Below are positions 28,423 through 37,675 of a stretch of 53,097 nucleotides of DNA, in pieces (position 1 is the stretch's first letter; each line of letters opens with the position of its first letter). Source of the DNA: an uncultured Rhodomicrobium sp. (lineage in GTDB: Bacteria; Pseudomonadota; Alphaproteobacteria; Rhizobiales; Rhodomicrobiaceae); NCBI GenBank assembly GCA_964498645.1, contig CAZCIF010000003.1:1-53097 (forward strand), written 5' to 3'. The position numbers were made by a program, and so were the translations under genes. The notes under the pieces are model-generated. The model saw only the letters and a list, made by a program, of their open reading frames with translations. It was not told where the DNA came from and made no database searches.

Positions 28423-29424
28423 ATGGCTGGCAATTTGTTCGTCACCTACCGGGGGCGTGGCGGCGCCTTGCCGGCTGGCGGCATCGAACGCTTACTGAAA
28501 GGCCGGCTGGGCCTTGCGGCTTTGGCGCTGGTTGCGGGTGGCGCGTTGGTATATTCCCTGCCGGCAAAGTCTGCGGATAGCTGTGATGGCCCGCGCGTGG
28601 CTGTAAGGCTGCCGAGCGGGACTGCCTGCATCAAGCCGGGTTCGGGCGAGAGTTTCAAGGACTGCCCCGATTGCCCTGAGATGGTGGTTGTGCCCCCGGG
28701 AAGTTTCGTGATGGGGTCGCCCGCAAGCGAGCCGGGGCGGCTTCCCAGGGAAAGCCCGCAACACAACGTAACGATTGCCGCGCCCTTTGCGGTTGGGAAG
28801 TTCGCGGTGACCTTTGCAGAATGGGACGCATGCGTGGCGGACGGCGGCTGCGGCAGCTACAGGCCGGATGATGGGGGCTGGGGGCGGGGCGGCCGGCCTG
28901 TCATCAATGTCAACTGGCATGACTCAAAACGCTATGCCGCATGGCTATCGAAGAAGACAGGCAACGCTTACCGGCTGCTCTCGGAAGCCGAGCGGGAGTA
29001 TGTGGCACGGGCCGGGACCACTGCGCCGTTCTGGTGGGGATCATCGATCACGCTTGAGCAAGCGAATTATGGCGGGTCTTCTGCTAAGGGAATTGGGAAT
29101 TACTATGCTTATGCGAAAACCGGGAAGAAATACAAATTTCCCGAGAAGACGCTGCCGGTGAAGTCATTCGATCCCAATCCTTGGGGGCTTTACCAAGTTC
29201 ATGGAAATGTCCGGGAGTGGGTCGAGGATTGCTGGAGCGGTAGTTATCAAGGCGCGCCTGCGGACGGCTCCCCGTGGACAGGCGGAGATTGCGGTTATCG
29301 CATTCTTCGCGGCGGCTCGTGGCACAGCGGTCCGGGTTACCTCCGCGCGGCCGCCCGCGACTACATGGTCCCTGGGACCAGCGATGACACCGGCTTCCGC
29401 GTGGCGAGGACGTTAAATCCTTAA
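28423..29424 (+). CDS. FGE-sulfatase (SUMF1-like, C-type lectin fold) domain protein, copy 2
   Basis: GGAGG at 28414-28418 then ATG 28423; same motifs as copy 1; ends GFRVARTLNP. Confidence 0.9.
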   Translation: MAGNLFVTYRGRGGALPAGGIERLLKGRLGLAALALVAGGALVYSLPAKSADSCDGPRVAVRLPSGTACIKPGSGESFKDCPDCPEMVVVPPGSFVMGSPASEPGRLPRESPQHNVTIAAPFAVGKFAVTFAEWDACVADGGCGSYRPDDGGWGRGGRPVINVNWHDSKRYAAWLSKKTGNAYRLLSEAEREYVARAGTTAPFWWGSSITLEQANYGGSSAKGIGNYYAYAKTGKKYKFPEKTLPVKSFDPNPWGLYQVHGNVREWVEDCWSGSYQGAPADGSPWTGGDCGYRILRGGSWHSGPGYLRAAARDYMVPGTSDDTGFRVARTLNP

Positions 29425-29931
29425 CCCTTCGCAGGCGCGAAATACCGCATGCGCGCGAGGCCGCCGACGGAGGGCAATTTCGCAACGGCGCCACATGGTT
29501 AATCGCAGCATGGTAAATGGCGGCGCCTTTGCTTCATTTCCTGCCCCAAAGGATGCCATTGTCACGTCTTTGCCCCTACGATTCCGGTTTTCAAAAAGTC
29601 CGTTAAATATATTTGCAGCGATGGACTTAACCGTAAAAGCCGCTAAAGGCTTTCGCCCGGGACAGTGTCCGTTGGAAACTTTTTCATGTCTTTTCAGCAT
29701 GTTATACCGCCTTGCATTGCCCATTAAGCGCTTGGCAAGGCGCTTGCCTTACAGTGGCGCTTTAACCGGTGGCCGTGCAAACAGGCCCCAATCTACCGGT
29801 CCGGGAAGCCGCGCCCGCTTCCGCGCTTGCCTTATAGTGCACTGCAAAATGGGGACTAGCCATTTTGACGGAGCCATGCCAATTTCATGGCAACATTGCG
29901 CGCCTCCCCACGCCTATGAGTTCACCAGGAG

Positions 29932-31272
29932 ATGAGCATGAGCTCGATCGATCCTAACTCCTCCCAAGAGGAAGCGGCGAAGCCGAACGGCTCCGCGACG
30001 CTCGTCTTGCATGACAAACAGTATGAGCTTCCCGTCTTCTCGGGCTCTGTTGGCCCTGATGTCGTCGATATCTCTAAGCTTTACGGGCAGTCCGGCGCAT
30101 TCACCTACGATCCCGGCTTCACCTCGACGGCTTCTTGCAAATCCAGCATCACCTATATCGACGGCGATCAGGGCATTCTCCTCTATCGCGGCTATCCCAT
30201 CGATCAGCTTGCGGAGCACGGCAATTTTCTCGAGACCTGTCACCTCCTTCTTTACGGGGAGCTGCCGAACAAAGAGCAGTATCTCAACTTCAAGAACCGC
30301 GTGACCTATCACACGATGTTGCACGAGCAAATGAACCGGTTCTATTCCGGCTTCCGCCGCGACGCGCATCCCATGGCTGTGATGGTCGGAACGGTGGGCG
30401 CGCTCTCGGCCTTCTACCACGACTCTATCGACATCAACGACCCCATCCAGCGCGACGTCGCCTCGATCCGCATGATCGCGAAGATGCCGACGATTGCCGC
30501 GATGGCTTATAAATATTCGGTGGGCCAGCCCTTTATCTATCCCCGCAACGAGCTCGATTTCGCCTCGAATTTCCTCTATATGACCTTCGCCGTGCCGTGC
30601 GAGGAGTACAAGGTCAACCCAGTGCTCAGCCGTGCGATGGACCGCATTTTCATCCTGCACGCGGATCACGAGCAAAACGCTTCGACCTCGACAGTGCGCC
30701 TTGCCGGCTCGTCCGGTGCAAACCCCTTCGCCTGCATCGCGGCCGGCATCGCCTGCCTCTGGGGACCGGCCCATGGCGGCGCGAACGAAGCCGCGCTGAA
30801 GATGCTGATGGAAATCGGCACGGTCGATCGAATTCCCGAGTTCATCAAGCGCGCCAAGGACAAGAGCGATCACTTCCGGTTGAGCGGCTTCGGGCACCGC
30901 GTTTATAAGCACTACGATCCGCGCGCGCGGGTCATGCAGAAGACCTGCAAGGAAGTCCTTGAGATCGTTGGTATCAAGAACGACCCGCTGCTGCAGGTCG
31001 CGATGGAGCTGGAGCGGATCGCGCTCGAGGACGATTACTTCATCGAGAAAAAGCTCTATCCGAATATCGATTTCTATTCGGGCATCACTCTCAAAGCGCT
31101 CGGCTTCCCAACCTCGATGTTCACGGTGCTGTTCGCCATCGCGCGCACAGTGGGCTGGATTGCGCAGTGGAAAGAAATGATCGCCGATCCGGAGCAGAAG
31201 ATCGGCCGCCCGCGCCAGCTTTATATCGGCGAGAAGGCCCGCGATTACGTGCCGCTGGAGTCGCGGCCCTAG
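29932..31272 (+). CDS. gltA: Type II citrate synthase
   Basis: [43 protein letters not shown]. Confidence 0.98.
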   Translation: MSMSSIDPNSSQEEAAKPNGSATLVLHDKQYELPVFSGSVGPDVVDISKLYGQSGAFTYDPGFTSTASCKSSITYIDGDQGILLYRGYPIDQLAEHGNFLETCHLLLYGELPNKEQYLNFKNRVTYHTMLHEQMNRFYSGFRRDAHPMAVMVGTVGALSAFYHDSIDINDPIQRDVASIRMIAKMPTIAAMAYKYSVGQPFIYPRNELDFASNFLYMTFAVPCEEYKVNPVLSRAMDRIFILHADHEQNASTSTVRLAGSSGANPFACIAAGIACLWGPAHGGANEAALKMLMEIGTVDRIPEFIKRAKDKSDHFRLSGFGHRVYKHYDPRARVMQKTCKEVLEIVGIKNDPLLQVAMELERIALEDDYFIEKKLYPNIDFYSGITLKALGFPTSMFTVLFAIARTVGWIAQWKEMIADPEQKIGRPRQLYIGEKARDYVPLESRP

Positions 31273-31279
31273 CGTGCCG

Positions 31280-31309
31280 GACCCCGGTACCAAGCGCTGA
31301 TCCGGGGTC
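31280..31309. terminator. GC-rich hairpin between convergent genes
   Basis: GACCCCGG-N14-CCGGGGTC; no U-tract. Confidence 0.35.
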
Positions 31310-31325
31310 GTCCAAAGCTCTGTCC

Positions 31326-31730
31326 TTAGGTGTGTTGACGCCCTGTGAAAAGGGACGCGAAGGCGCAGAGGATAGACATAAGAGCCGCGGGACCGAAAAA
31401 GGCCCATTGGGTCTGCTCGGCCGTCAGGCGAAGTATGTTCGCCGCCGTTATTCCAATTCCTCCGCCCAGAATAGCGCCCGCCATGCCGAATGACATGAAG
31501 TCCCAGGCTGAGAATGCCGCATGCTTTCTTTGCTGTTGCATCCGCGGTTGAGGCCCGGCTGCACGCACCTTTTCGAAGGAAGGGGGCGGCAAGCTTGAGG
31601 CGGCGCTGCTGTAAGCCGCCCGTGACACAGCCGCCGCGATATTCGACGCGTGCACAGGCGGCTTCCGTTGAACAAGCCCCAAGGCTTCACGCTCGGCTTC
31701 TTCCTGCTGGCGTACCATATCTGGGTCCAT
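31326..31730 (-). CDS. Hypothetical protein with two C-terminal TM helices (134 aa)
   Basis: AGAGGA RBS before MDPDMVRQQEE; low-complexity middle; hydrophobic C-terminus. Confidence 0.6.
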   Translation of the reverse strand: MDPDMVRQQEEAEREALGLVQRKPPVHASNIAAAVSRAAYSSAASSLPPPSFEKVRAAGPQPRMQQQRKHAAFSAWDFMSFGMAGAILGGGIGITAANILRLTAEQTQWAFFGPAALMSILCAFASLFTGRQHT

Positions 31731-31756
31731 CGGTTCCTCTTTCGTTTGTGCTGTGA

Positions 31757-32800
31757 TTAGCGCATTTCCCTTGACGTGCCGCGTTCGAGCGCTGCTCCAA
31801 TGCGCGAAATCCCGAAGCATAAGCACCAAAAAACGAGCGCGGCAAACGCATAGCTTGTAACAGCCGTAGTTGGCGCGGACCATGCGGGGTCTTGAGCGGC
31901 GAGCTGGATCGATCCGAGGAAATCGAACAGCCCGATCACGAGAACAAGCGTGGTGTCTTTCAAGAGGCCGATGAAAGTTCCAACGATGGCGGGGAGCGCG
32001 TTGCGCAACGCCTGCGGCAGCACGATGAGTGCGAGCGCCTGCGCATAGGAGAAACCGAGCGCTTCGGCGGATTGGTATTGGCTTTCGGGCACACTCTGCA
32101 AACCGCCGCGAATCGCCTCGGCCATGTAGGCGCTGGCAAAGATGGCGATCGCCACGAGCGCGCGTACGAGCTTATCGACGCTGACACCTTCGGGCAGGAA
32201 CAAGGGGAGCATGACGCTTGCCATGAAAAGCACGGTCACGAGAGGTACGCCGCGCCAGAACTCAATCGCGCAAATCGAAAGCCAGCGGGGCACGGGCCAG
32301 CTTGAGCGCCGGCCAAGCGCAAGCAGAAGCCCGAGCGGCAAGGAGGCCGCAAAACCGGTATACGAAACCATCAATGTCAGGACGAGCCCGCCCCAAAGCT
32401 CCGTTGCAACAGTTGCGAGACCAAAGCCGCCGCCAGCCAAAAGCAAGAATGCGAGAGGCAGGCTTGCTGCCACGGCGGCGGCGAAGCCAATCCATCCGGA
32501 ACGCCTCCGCGTCAGGAATGCCCCAGCGATTGCGGCCGACGGGATCAAAATTGCCGCGATGGCCCGCCACAAAAAGGCATCGGGGTAGCGTCCAAACAGG
32601 AACTGCTTCAGTTTCGCCGCCACGAAGGGCCAGCACGCGCCATCTGCCGCGCGGCAATCGAGGACCGTCCCAGCCGGGCCCGCGGCATGCGAAATGGCGA
32701 AGGAAAACGCTGCGCGCGCCGCAAGAAACATCGCAAGCACGATTAAGAGCGTGACAAGCGCATTCAAGACGAAGGAAAGGCTCTGCGCGCGAAATTTCAT
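31757..32800 (-). CDS. aapM: General L-amino acid ABC transporter permease
   Basis: GACWPFV, WGGLVLTL, LLALGRRS, RGVPL, AYMAEAIRGGLQ, KDTTLV. Confidence 0.9.
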   Translation of the reverse strand: MKFRAQSLSFVLNALVTLLIVLAMFLAARAAFSFAISHAAGPAGTVLDCRAADGACWPFVAAKLKQFLFGRYPDAFLWRAIAAILIPSAAIAGAFLTRRRSGWIGFAAAVAASLPLAFLLLAGGGFGLATVATELWGGLVLTLMVSYTGFAASLPLGLLLALGRRSSWPVPRWLSICAIEFWRGVPLVTVLFMASVMLPLFLPEGVSVDKLVRALVAIAIFASAYMAEAIRGGLQSVPESQYQSAEALGFSYAQALALIVLPQALRNALPAIVGTFIGLLKDTTLVLVIGLFDFLGSIQLAAQDPAWSAPTTAVTSYAFAALVFWCLCFGISRIGAALERGTSREMR

Positions 32801-33882
32801 GCCCAGACCTGCCGGTTGCGCCAGTTGATGAAAGCGGCGGTGAGGAGCGAGAGCGTGAGATAGACGCCCATGGTGATCGCCATGATCTCAACCGCTTGCC
32901 CTGTTTGTGCCAGCGTTGTGCCGGCGAAAACCGAAACGAGGTCGGGGTAAGCGATTGCAACCGCGAGCGATGAATTCTTCGTCAGATTGAGATACTGGCT
33001 TGTGAGCGGCGGCACGATGAGCCGGAGCGCTTGCGGGATGATGACAAGCCGGTTCGATTGCCAGCCCGTGAGGCCTAACGCTTCCGCTGCTTCCCGCTGT
33101 CCGCGCGGCACAGCCTCCATCCCCGCGCGGACAATTTCAGCGATATAGGCCGCCGTGTAAATCGAAAGCGCCGCAACAAGTGCAATGAATTCGGGGATGA
33201 GCTTAGTGCCGCCCGCGATCGAAAGCCCTCGCGGTTCCGGCCATTCGATCCCGGCCGTGGCGCCAATCGCCAGCAATAGGGCAAGAGCCAGCGCGGCGGC
33301 CCCAATTGCGCGCGCTTTGCCTTTCAACAATATGATTGCTGCAAGAGTGGCAGCGGCGAGAACACCGGTCAAAATACCGTTCCCGCCGAGGTCAACTGCG
33401 GGGAGGAACAGGCCCCGGTTGTTGAGATAAATGCCGCCGAGGGCAATGGTTTGGCGGGGCGGCGGCAATTGACGCAGGATGCCGAAATATAGAAAGAACA
33501 GGATGAGCAGCAGCGGTAAGTTGCGGAAGAGTTCTACATAGCCCGCCGCGAGCCAGCGTAATGAGCGGTTAGGCGCCAAGCGCGCGATGCCCACTCCGAA
33601 TCCGAGCACCGTTGCAAGGGCGATTCCGATGACAGCTACAAGCAGCGTGTTCAGCAAACCAACAACGAAAGCGCGGCCAAGAGTTGAGCGCTCATCGAAG
33701 GGGATCAGCGATTGCAGAACGGAAAAACCGGCCGGACGGGATAGGAAATCGAAACCGAAACGGATCCCCTGGCGCTCGATGTTTCCGGCGGCGGTTACCG
33801 CAAGACCGGCAAGGAGCGCAAACACCGCGCTGAGAAGTGCGGCCTGGATCCAAAATCTTGAATTCTTGAACTGTATTCGCAT
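32797..33882 (-). CDS. aapQ: General L-amino acid ABC transporter permease
   Basis: GFDFL..PAGF, VGLLNTL, YVELFRN.PLL, AYIAEIVR, LNLTKNSSLAVAI; start uncertain. Confidence 0.9.
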   Translation of the reverse strand: MRIQFKNSRFWIQAALLSAVFALLAGLAVTAAGNIERQGIRFGFDFLSRPAGFSVLQSLIPFDERSTLGRAFVVGLLNTLLVAVIGIALATVLGFGVGIARLAPNRSLRWLAAGYVELFRNLPLLLILFFLYFGILRQLPPPRQTIALGGIYLNNRGLFLPAVDLGGNGILTGVLAAATLAAIILLKGKARAIGAAALALALLLAIGATAGIEWPEPRGLSIAGGTKLIPEFIALVAALSIYTAAYIAEIVRAGMEAVPRGQREAAEALGLTGWQSNRLVIIPQALRLIVPPLTSQYLNLTKNSSLAVAIAYPDLVSVFAGTTLAQTGQAVEIMAITMGVYLTLSLLTAAFINWRNRQVWA

Positions 33883-34067
33883 GGCCCTAAGAACGAATTC
33901 CGCCTCTATGCGTTCAGGTGCCCTCGCGAGGCGGTTTCCCCCTTCAAGCGGGGACAAACTTAGCCGCCATGGCGGTCCATGCCTATCAGAGAGTATACCT
34001 GGATGGCTTTTGCTTAGCGTGTTACTGCTGTCACGGTTAACCCAGCAACCCACAGACGATGAGCGGC

Positions 34068-35096
34068 ATGAAAAAGAGATCGCATTCGGTAATCGCATGG
34101 GTGCTCTGTTATGCTCTGCTGATGACCGGCGGCACTGCCTTTGCCGAAACCAAGCCAGGCAAGATCATCGGTGCGCGGCAGCATACGATGCCCGACTGGT
34201 TCAAACAGAGCTTTCTCGATCTTAAAGACGATGCCGGCGAGGCCCGCCAAGCGGGCCGCCATATTCTCCTCTTCATGGATCTGAACGGCTGTCCTTACTG
34301 CGCCCGTATGCTCGACGAGAACTTCCATGGGGGCGAGAACATGCCTTACATAAAAGAGCATTTCGACGTGATCGCCCTCAACATCCGCGGCGGCCGCGAG
34401 GTGGCTTGGCTCGATGGGAAAACCTACAGCGAGATCGATCTCGCTACCAAGATCCTAAAAGTGGCAGGAACGCCTGCGCTGATTTTTATCGGCCCGGACG
34501 GAAACAAAGTGCTTCAGCTCGACGGCTACCGGGCGCCAAAGACGTTACGCCATGCTCTCGAATACGTGCACAACAAAGCGTATCGGGATCAATCGTTAGC
34601 GGACTACATCGAGAAGAACCAGCAAGCCGCCGTCTACAAGTTCCGCGGTCATCCGCGCTTTGAAGACGTTAAGGACTTTGCCAACTATCGCAAACCGCTG
34701 GCCGTGATCTTCGAGGACAGGAATTGCACCGGCTGCGACGGATTTCACGACAAGGTGTTGAACCATCCCGATGTGCTGGCTGAACTCAAGCCCTTTCGCG
34801 TCGTTCGTCTCGACGCCTACTCGGATGCCCCAATTACCGGCATATCCGGCAAGCAGACAACACCGCGCGGCTGGGCCGCTTCGCTCGGACTGACCCACCG
34901 GCCCGGCGTCGTGCTGTTCGACGAAGGTAAGGAAGCTGCCCGTGCCGAAGGCCGCTTTTACCACTTCCATTTCAAGGAATTGTTGCGCTACGTTAGCGGG
35001 AAGTACTATCAGCGCTATGATCGTTTCGGGTCCTATCTTCAGGACCGGCAGCCAGAGCTGTTGCAGCAAGGAACCAGCATCGATTTCCGCGAATAG
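34068..35096 (+). CDS. Exported tandem thioredoxin-fold protein (SoxW-like)
   Basis: Signal peptide ending AFA; PDWFKQSFLDL, GCPYC and second-domain CTGC; GTP and HRP cis-Pro loops. Confidence 0.8.
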   Translation: MKKRSHSVIAWVLCYALLMTGGTAFAETKPGKIIGARQHTMPDWFKQSFLDLKDDAGEARQAGRHILLFMDLNGCPYCARMLDENFHGGENMPYIKEHFDVIALNIRGGREVAWLDGKTYSEIDLATKILKVAGTPALIFIGPDGNKVLQLDGYRAPKTLRHALEYVHNKAYRDQSLADYIEKNQQAAVYKFRGHPRFEDVKDFANYRKPLAVIFEDRNCTGCDGFHDKVLNHPDVLAELKPFRVVRLDAYSDAPITGISGKQTTPRGWAASLGLTHRPGVVLFDEGKEAARAEGRFYHFHFKELLRYVSGKYYQRYDRFGSYLQDRQPELLQQGTSIDFRE

Positions 35097-35127
35097 CGGA
35101 CGCCAGGCGTTCTCCGGCCGTCGCGCG

Positions 35128-35268
35128 GCTATGGATTGCTTCGGGGCTGCACCCCTCGCAATGACTGCAGCAGCACCGTCATCGCGAGGCGGCTTTAGCC
35201 GCCGTGGCGATCCACAAGCAACATCAGGGACGTGGCTATGGATTGCTTCGCTTCGCTCGCAATGACGG
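35128..35268. repeat. Cluster of three alternating REP-like palindromes
   Basis: TGGATTGCTTCG...CTCGCAATGAC at 35132-35165 and 35239-35266 flank an inverted unit at 35176-35214. Confidence 0.85.
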
Positions 35269-35293
35269 TCACCCGGATTTTGCCGGAAATGCT

Positions 35294-36325
35294 TTAGCGG
35301 ATGGGCGGCGCGAACAGAATCCCCCCCTTATTCCAGAGCCGGTTCAGGCCTCTATCGATATTCAAGGCGCTTTGTGCGCCGAGACTGCGGTCGAACATCT
35401 CGCCATAATTGCCAACGGCCTTGATGGCCTGCAGCGCCCAATCCGTGCTGAGACCGATGGGCTTGCCAAAGTCTCCTTCGAATCCCAAGAGCCTCCTTAT
35501 GGCTGGCGCGCCCTCACTTGCTGCGAAACCCGCGGCGTTATCTTGGGTAACGCCAAGCTCTTCCGCGTTGATGAGCGCAAATAGCGTCCAGCGCACAACG
35601 CTTGCCCATTGCGGGTCGCTTTGGCGCACGGCTGGCGCGAGCGGTTCTTTCGAGATCAACTCGGGCAAGATCACGTGATCGCCGGGACTTGCGAGCTTCT
35701 GACGCTGTGACAAGAGGCTCGAGGCGTCCGTCGAGTACACGTCGCACCGCTCCGCCTCGTAGGCCTTCAGTGCCTCGTCAGATTTCTCGAAAGTGACGAT
35801 CTTGTACGGCATGCCGCGCGAGCGGAAGAAATCTGCGATATTCAATTCAGTTGTGGTTCCGGCATTCGTGCAGACCTCCGCGCCGGAAAGTTCGAGCGCG
35901 CTTTGCACCTCGAGCTTCTTGCGTACCATGAGGCCTTGCCCATCGTAATAGATCACGCCCACAAACGAGATGCCGAGCGCGGTGTCGTTCTGCATGGTCC
36001 AGGTGGACACGCGCGACAGCACATCGATTTCGCCCGTCTGCAACGCCGTAAAGCGCTGCTTCGAGGATAGCGGCACGAAACTCACTTTGCTTCCGTCCCC
36101 CAAGACGGCCGCCGCGACTGCACGGCAGAAATCGGCATCAAGGCCTGTCCAATTGCCCCGGTTATCCGCCGCCGAGAACCCCGCAAGGCCCTGTGTGACA
36201 CCGCAATTGAGCTGCCCTCGCGCCCGGACCTCGTCCACGGTCGCCGCTCGCGCGCTAGCCGCGCAGCAAAGGCACAAGCCGAAGGCCATTGAAATCAGCG
36301 CTTGGCGGCGGAGGCACTCTGTCAT
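35294..36325 (-). CDS. aapJ: General L-amino acid ABC transporter substrate-binding protein
   Basis: RGQLNCGV, RFTALQTGEIDVL, YYDGQG, GTTTELN, ISKEPL, VGNYGE, GG..FAPPIR; start uncertain. Confidence 0.93.
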   Translation of the reverse strand: MTECLRRQALISMAFGLCLCCAASARAATVDEVRARGQLNCGVTQGLAGFSAADNRGNWTGLDADFCRAVAAAVLGDGSKVSFVPLSSKQRFTALQTGEIDVLSRVSTWTMQNDTALGISFVGVIYYDGQGLMVRKKLEVQSALELSGAEVCTNAGTTTELNIADFFRSRGMPYKIVTFEKSDEALKAYEAERCDVYSTDASSLLSQRQKLASPGDHVILPELISKEPLAPAVRQSDPQWASVVRWTLFALINAEELGVTQDNAAGFAASEGAPAIRRLLGFEGDFGKPIGLSTDWALQAIKAVGNYGEMFDRSLGAQSALNIDRGLNRLWNKGGILFAPPIR

Positions 36326-36483
36326 ATCAGCAATTACCCTCAGCGAGTCTTGGTTCCGCAATACTGAAGCTGCTTAGTAGTCAGGCCCGCAACCGCGATA
36401 AACGCGAAAGCGGGATGCGCGTCCGATCCTTGACGGTGTATCATGAAATAGCAATGAGAAAGCCATCCAGCGAAAGGTTTTGC

Positions 36484-37674
36484 ATGGGAATCAACAGGAC
36501 GGGAAGCCGCGACGATTTTGGCATTGAGACGGCACTCACGCAGCTCGGCCGCAACCCGCAGGCTTATTCCGGGTTTGTGAACACTCCCATCGTCAGAGGA
36601 TCGACGGTGATATTTCCCGATGCGGAGAGCCTTGAGTCGCGGAATGCCGAATACACCTATGGCCGGCCATCCAATCCCACGACGCGCGCACTTGAAAAAG
36701 CCCTGGCAGCGCTGGAAAGCGGCGAACGCACATTCCTCACGCCATCCGGCTTGAGCGCGATTTCGACTACGCTGATGGCCTTCGCCGAAGCCGGCGGGCA
36801 TATGCTCATTACCGATAGCGTCTACCTGCCAACGCGGCGCTTCGCCAATCGCGTCCTCAAGCGTATGGGCGTCGAGGTCGAGTATTACGACCCGCTCATA
36901 GGCGCCGGGATCGCGTCGCTGCTCCGTCAGAACACCAAACTCGTTTTCATCGAATCGCCGGGATCGCTGACCTTCGAGATCCAAGATGTCCCCGCGATTG
37001 CCGGCGCGGCGCGGCGCGCTGGCGTACCTGTTGCGATCGACAACACCTGGGGTACGCCGCTTTACTTCCGGGCCTTCGAACACGGTGTAAATATCTCGAT
37101 CCAGTCGGCCACCAAATACATCGTCGGCCATGCCGATGCGCTGCTTGGCGCCATTACCTGTGACGCGCCAGCCGCCGAAGCTGTAGCGCTGACACACGAG
37201 GCGCTTGGCTTATGCGCTAATAGCGAAGACTGCTTCCTCGCGCTTCGCGGATTGCGCACGCTCGCCTTGCGGCTGGAACGGCATTGGAAATCGGGGATCG
37301 AGATCGCCGGATGGCTTAAAAGCCGCCCCGAGGTTGCGCAGGTGCTCCACCCTGCCCTTCCTGGCGCGCCGGGGCACGAGCTTTGGAAACGCGACTTCAA
37401 GGGTGCGGCGGGACTTTTCTCCGTGATCCTGAAGCCTTACCCGAAGAAAGCAGTGCACTGCCTGCTCAACGCGCTGCAGATTTTCGGCATGGGCTACTCC
37501 TGGGGCGGGTTCGAGAGCCTGATCATTCCCTTCGACTGCTCATCCGCCCGGACGGCAACCGCATGGACGCCGGAAGGGCCGGCGCTGCGCCTTCATATAG
37601 GGCTGGAGGATGTAGAGGATTTGAAGCGCGATCTCGAACGCGGGTTCGCCGCGCTCGCGGAAGGAAACGGATAA
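36484..37674 (+). CDS. metC: Cystathionine beta-lyase
   Basis: GFVNTPIVRGST, ESPGSLTFE, DNTW, ATKYIVGH, GYSWGGFESL; divergent from aapJ. Confidence 0.95.
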   Translation: MGINRTGSRDDFGIETALTQLGRNPQAYSGFVNTPIVRGSTVIFPDAESLESRNAEYTYGRPSNPTTRALEKALAALESGERTFLTPSGLSAISTTLMAFAEAGGHMLITDSVYLPTRRFANRVLKRMGVEVEYYDPLIGAGIASLLRQNTKLVFIESPGSLTFEIQDVPAIAGAARRAGVPVAIDNTWGTPLYFRAFEHGVNISIQSATKYIVGHADALLGAITCDAPAAEAVALTHEALGLCANSEDCFLALRGLRTLALRLERHWKSGIEIAGWLKSRPEVAQVLHPALPGAPGHELWKRDFKGAAGLFSVILKPYPKKAVHCLLNALQIFGMGYSWGGFESLIIPFDCSSARTATAWTPEGPALRLHIGLEDVEDLKRDLERGFAALAEGNG

Positions 37675-37675
37675 C

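Noticed and set aside
27464-29424. Active formylglycine-generating enzymes, or a complete DGR cassette
   Set aside because: Catalytic cysteines are absent and no sulfatase is nearby; I found no reverse transcriptase, avd or AAC-rich template in the window
29425-29931. CtrA-type half sites (ATGGTTAA, ATGGTAAA) or an sRNA in the 500-bp gltA leader
   Set aside because: No full TTAA-N7-TTAA site and no recognisable RNA family or terminator; too weak to call
35128-35268. Possible mini-CRISPR array
   Set aside because: Units alternate in orientation, are not constant direct repeats, and no cas genes are present; this fits REP elements
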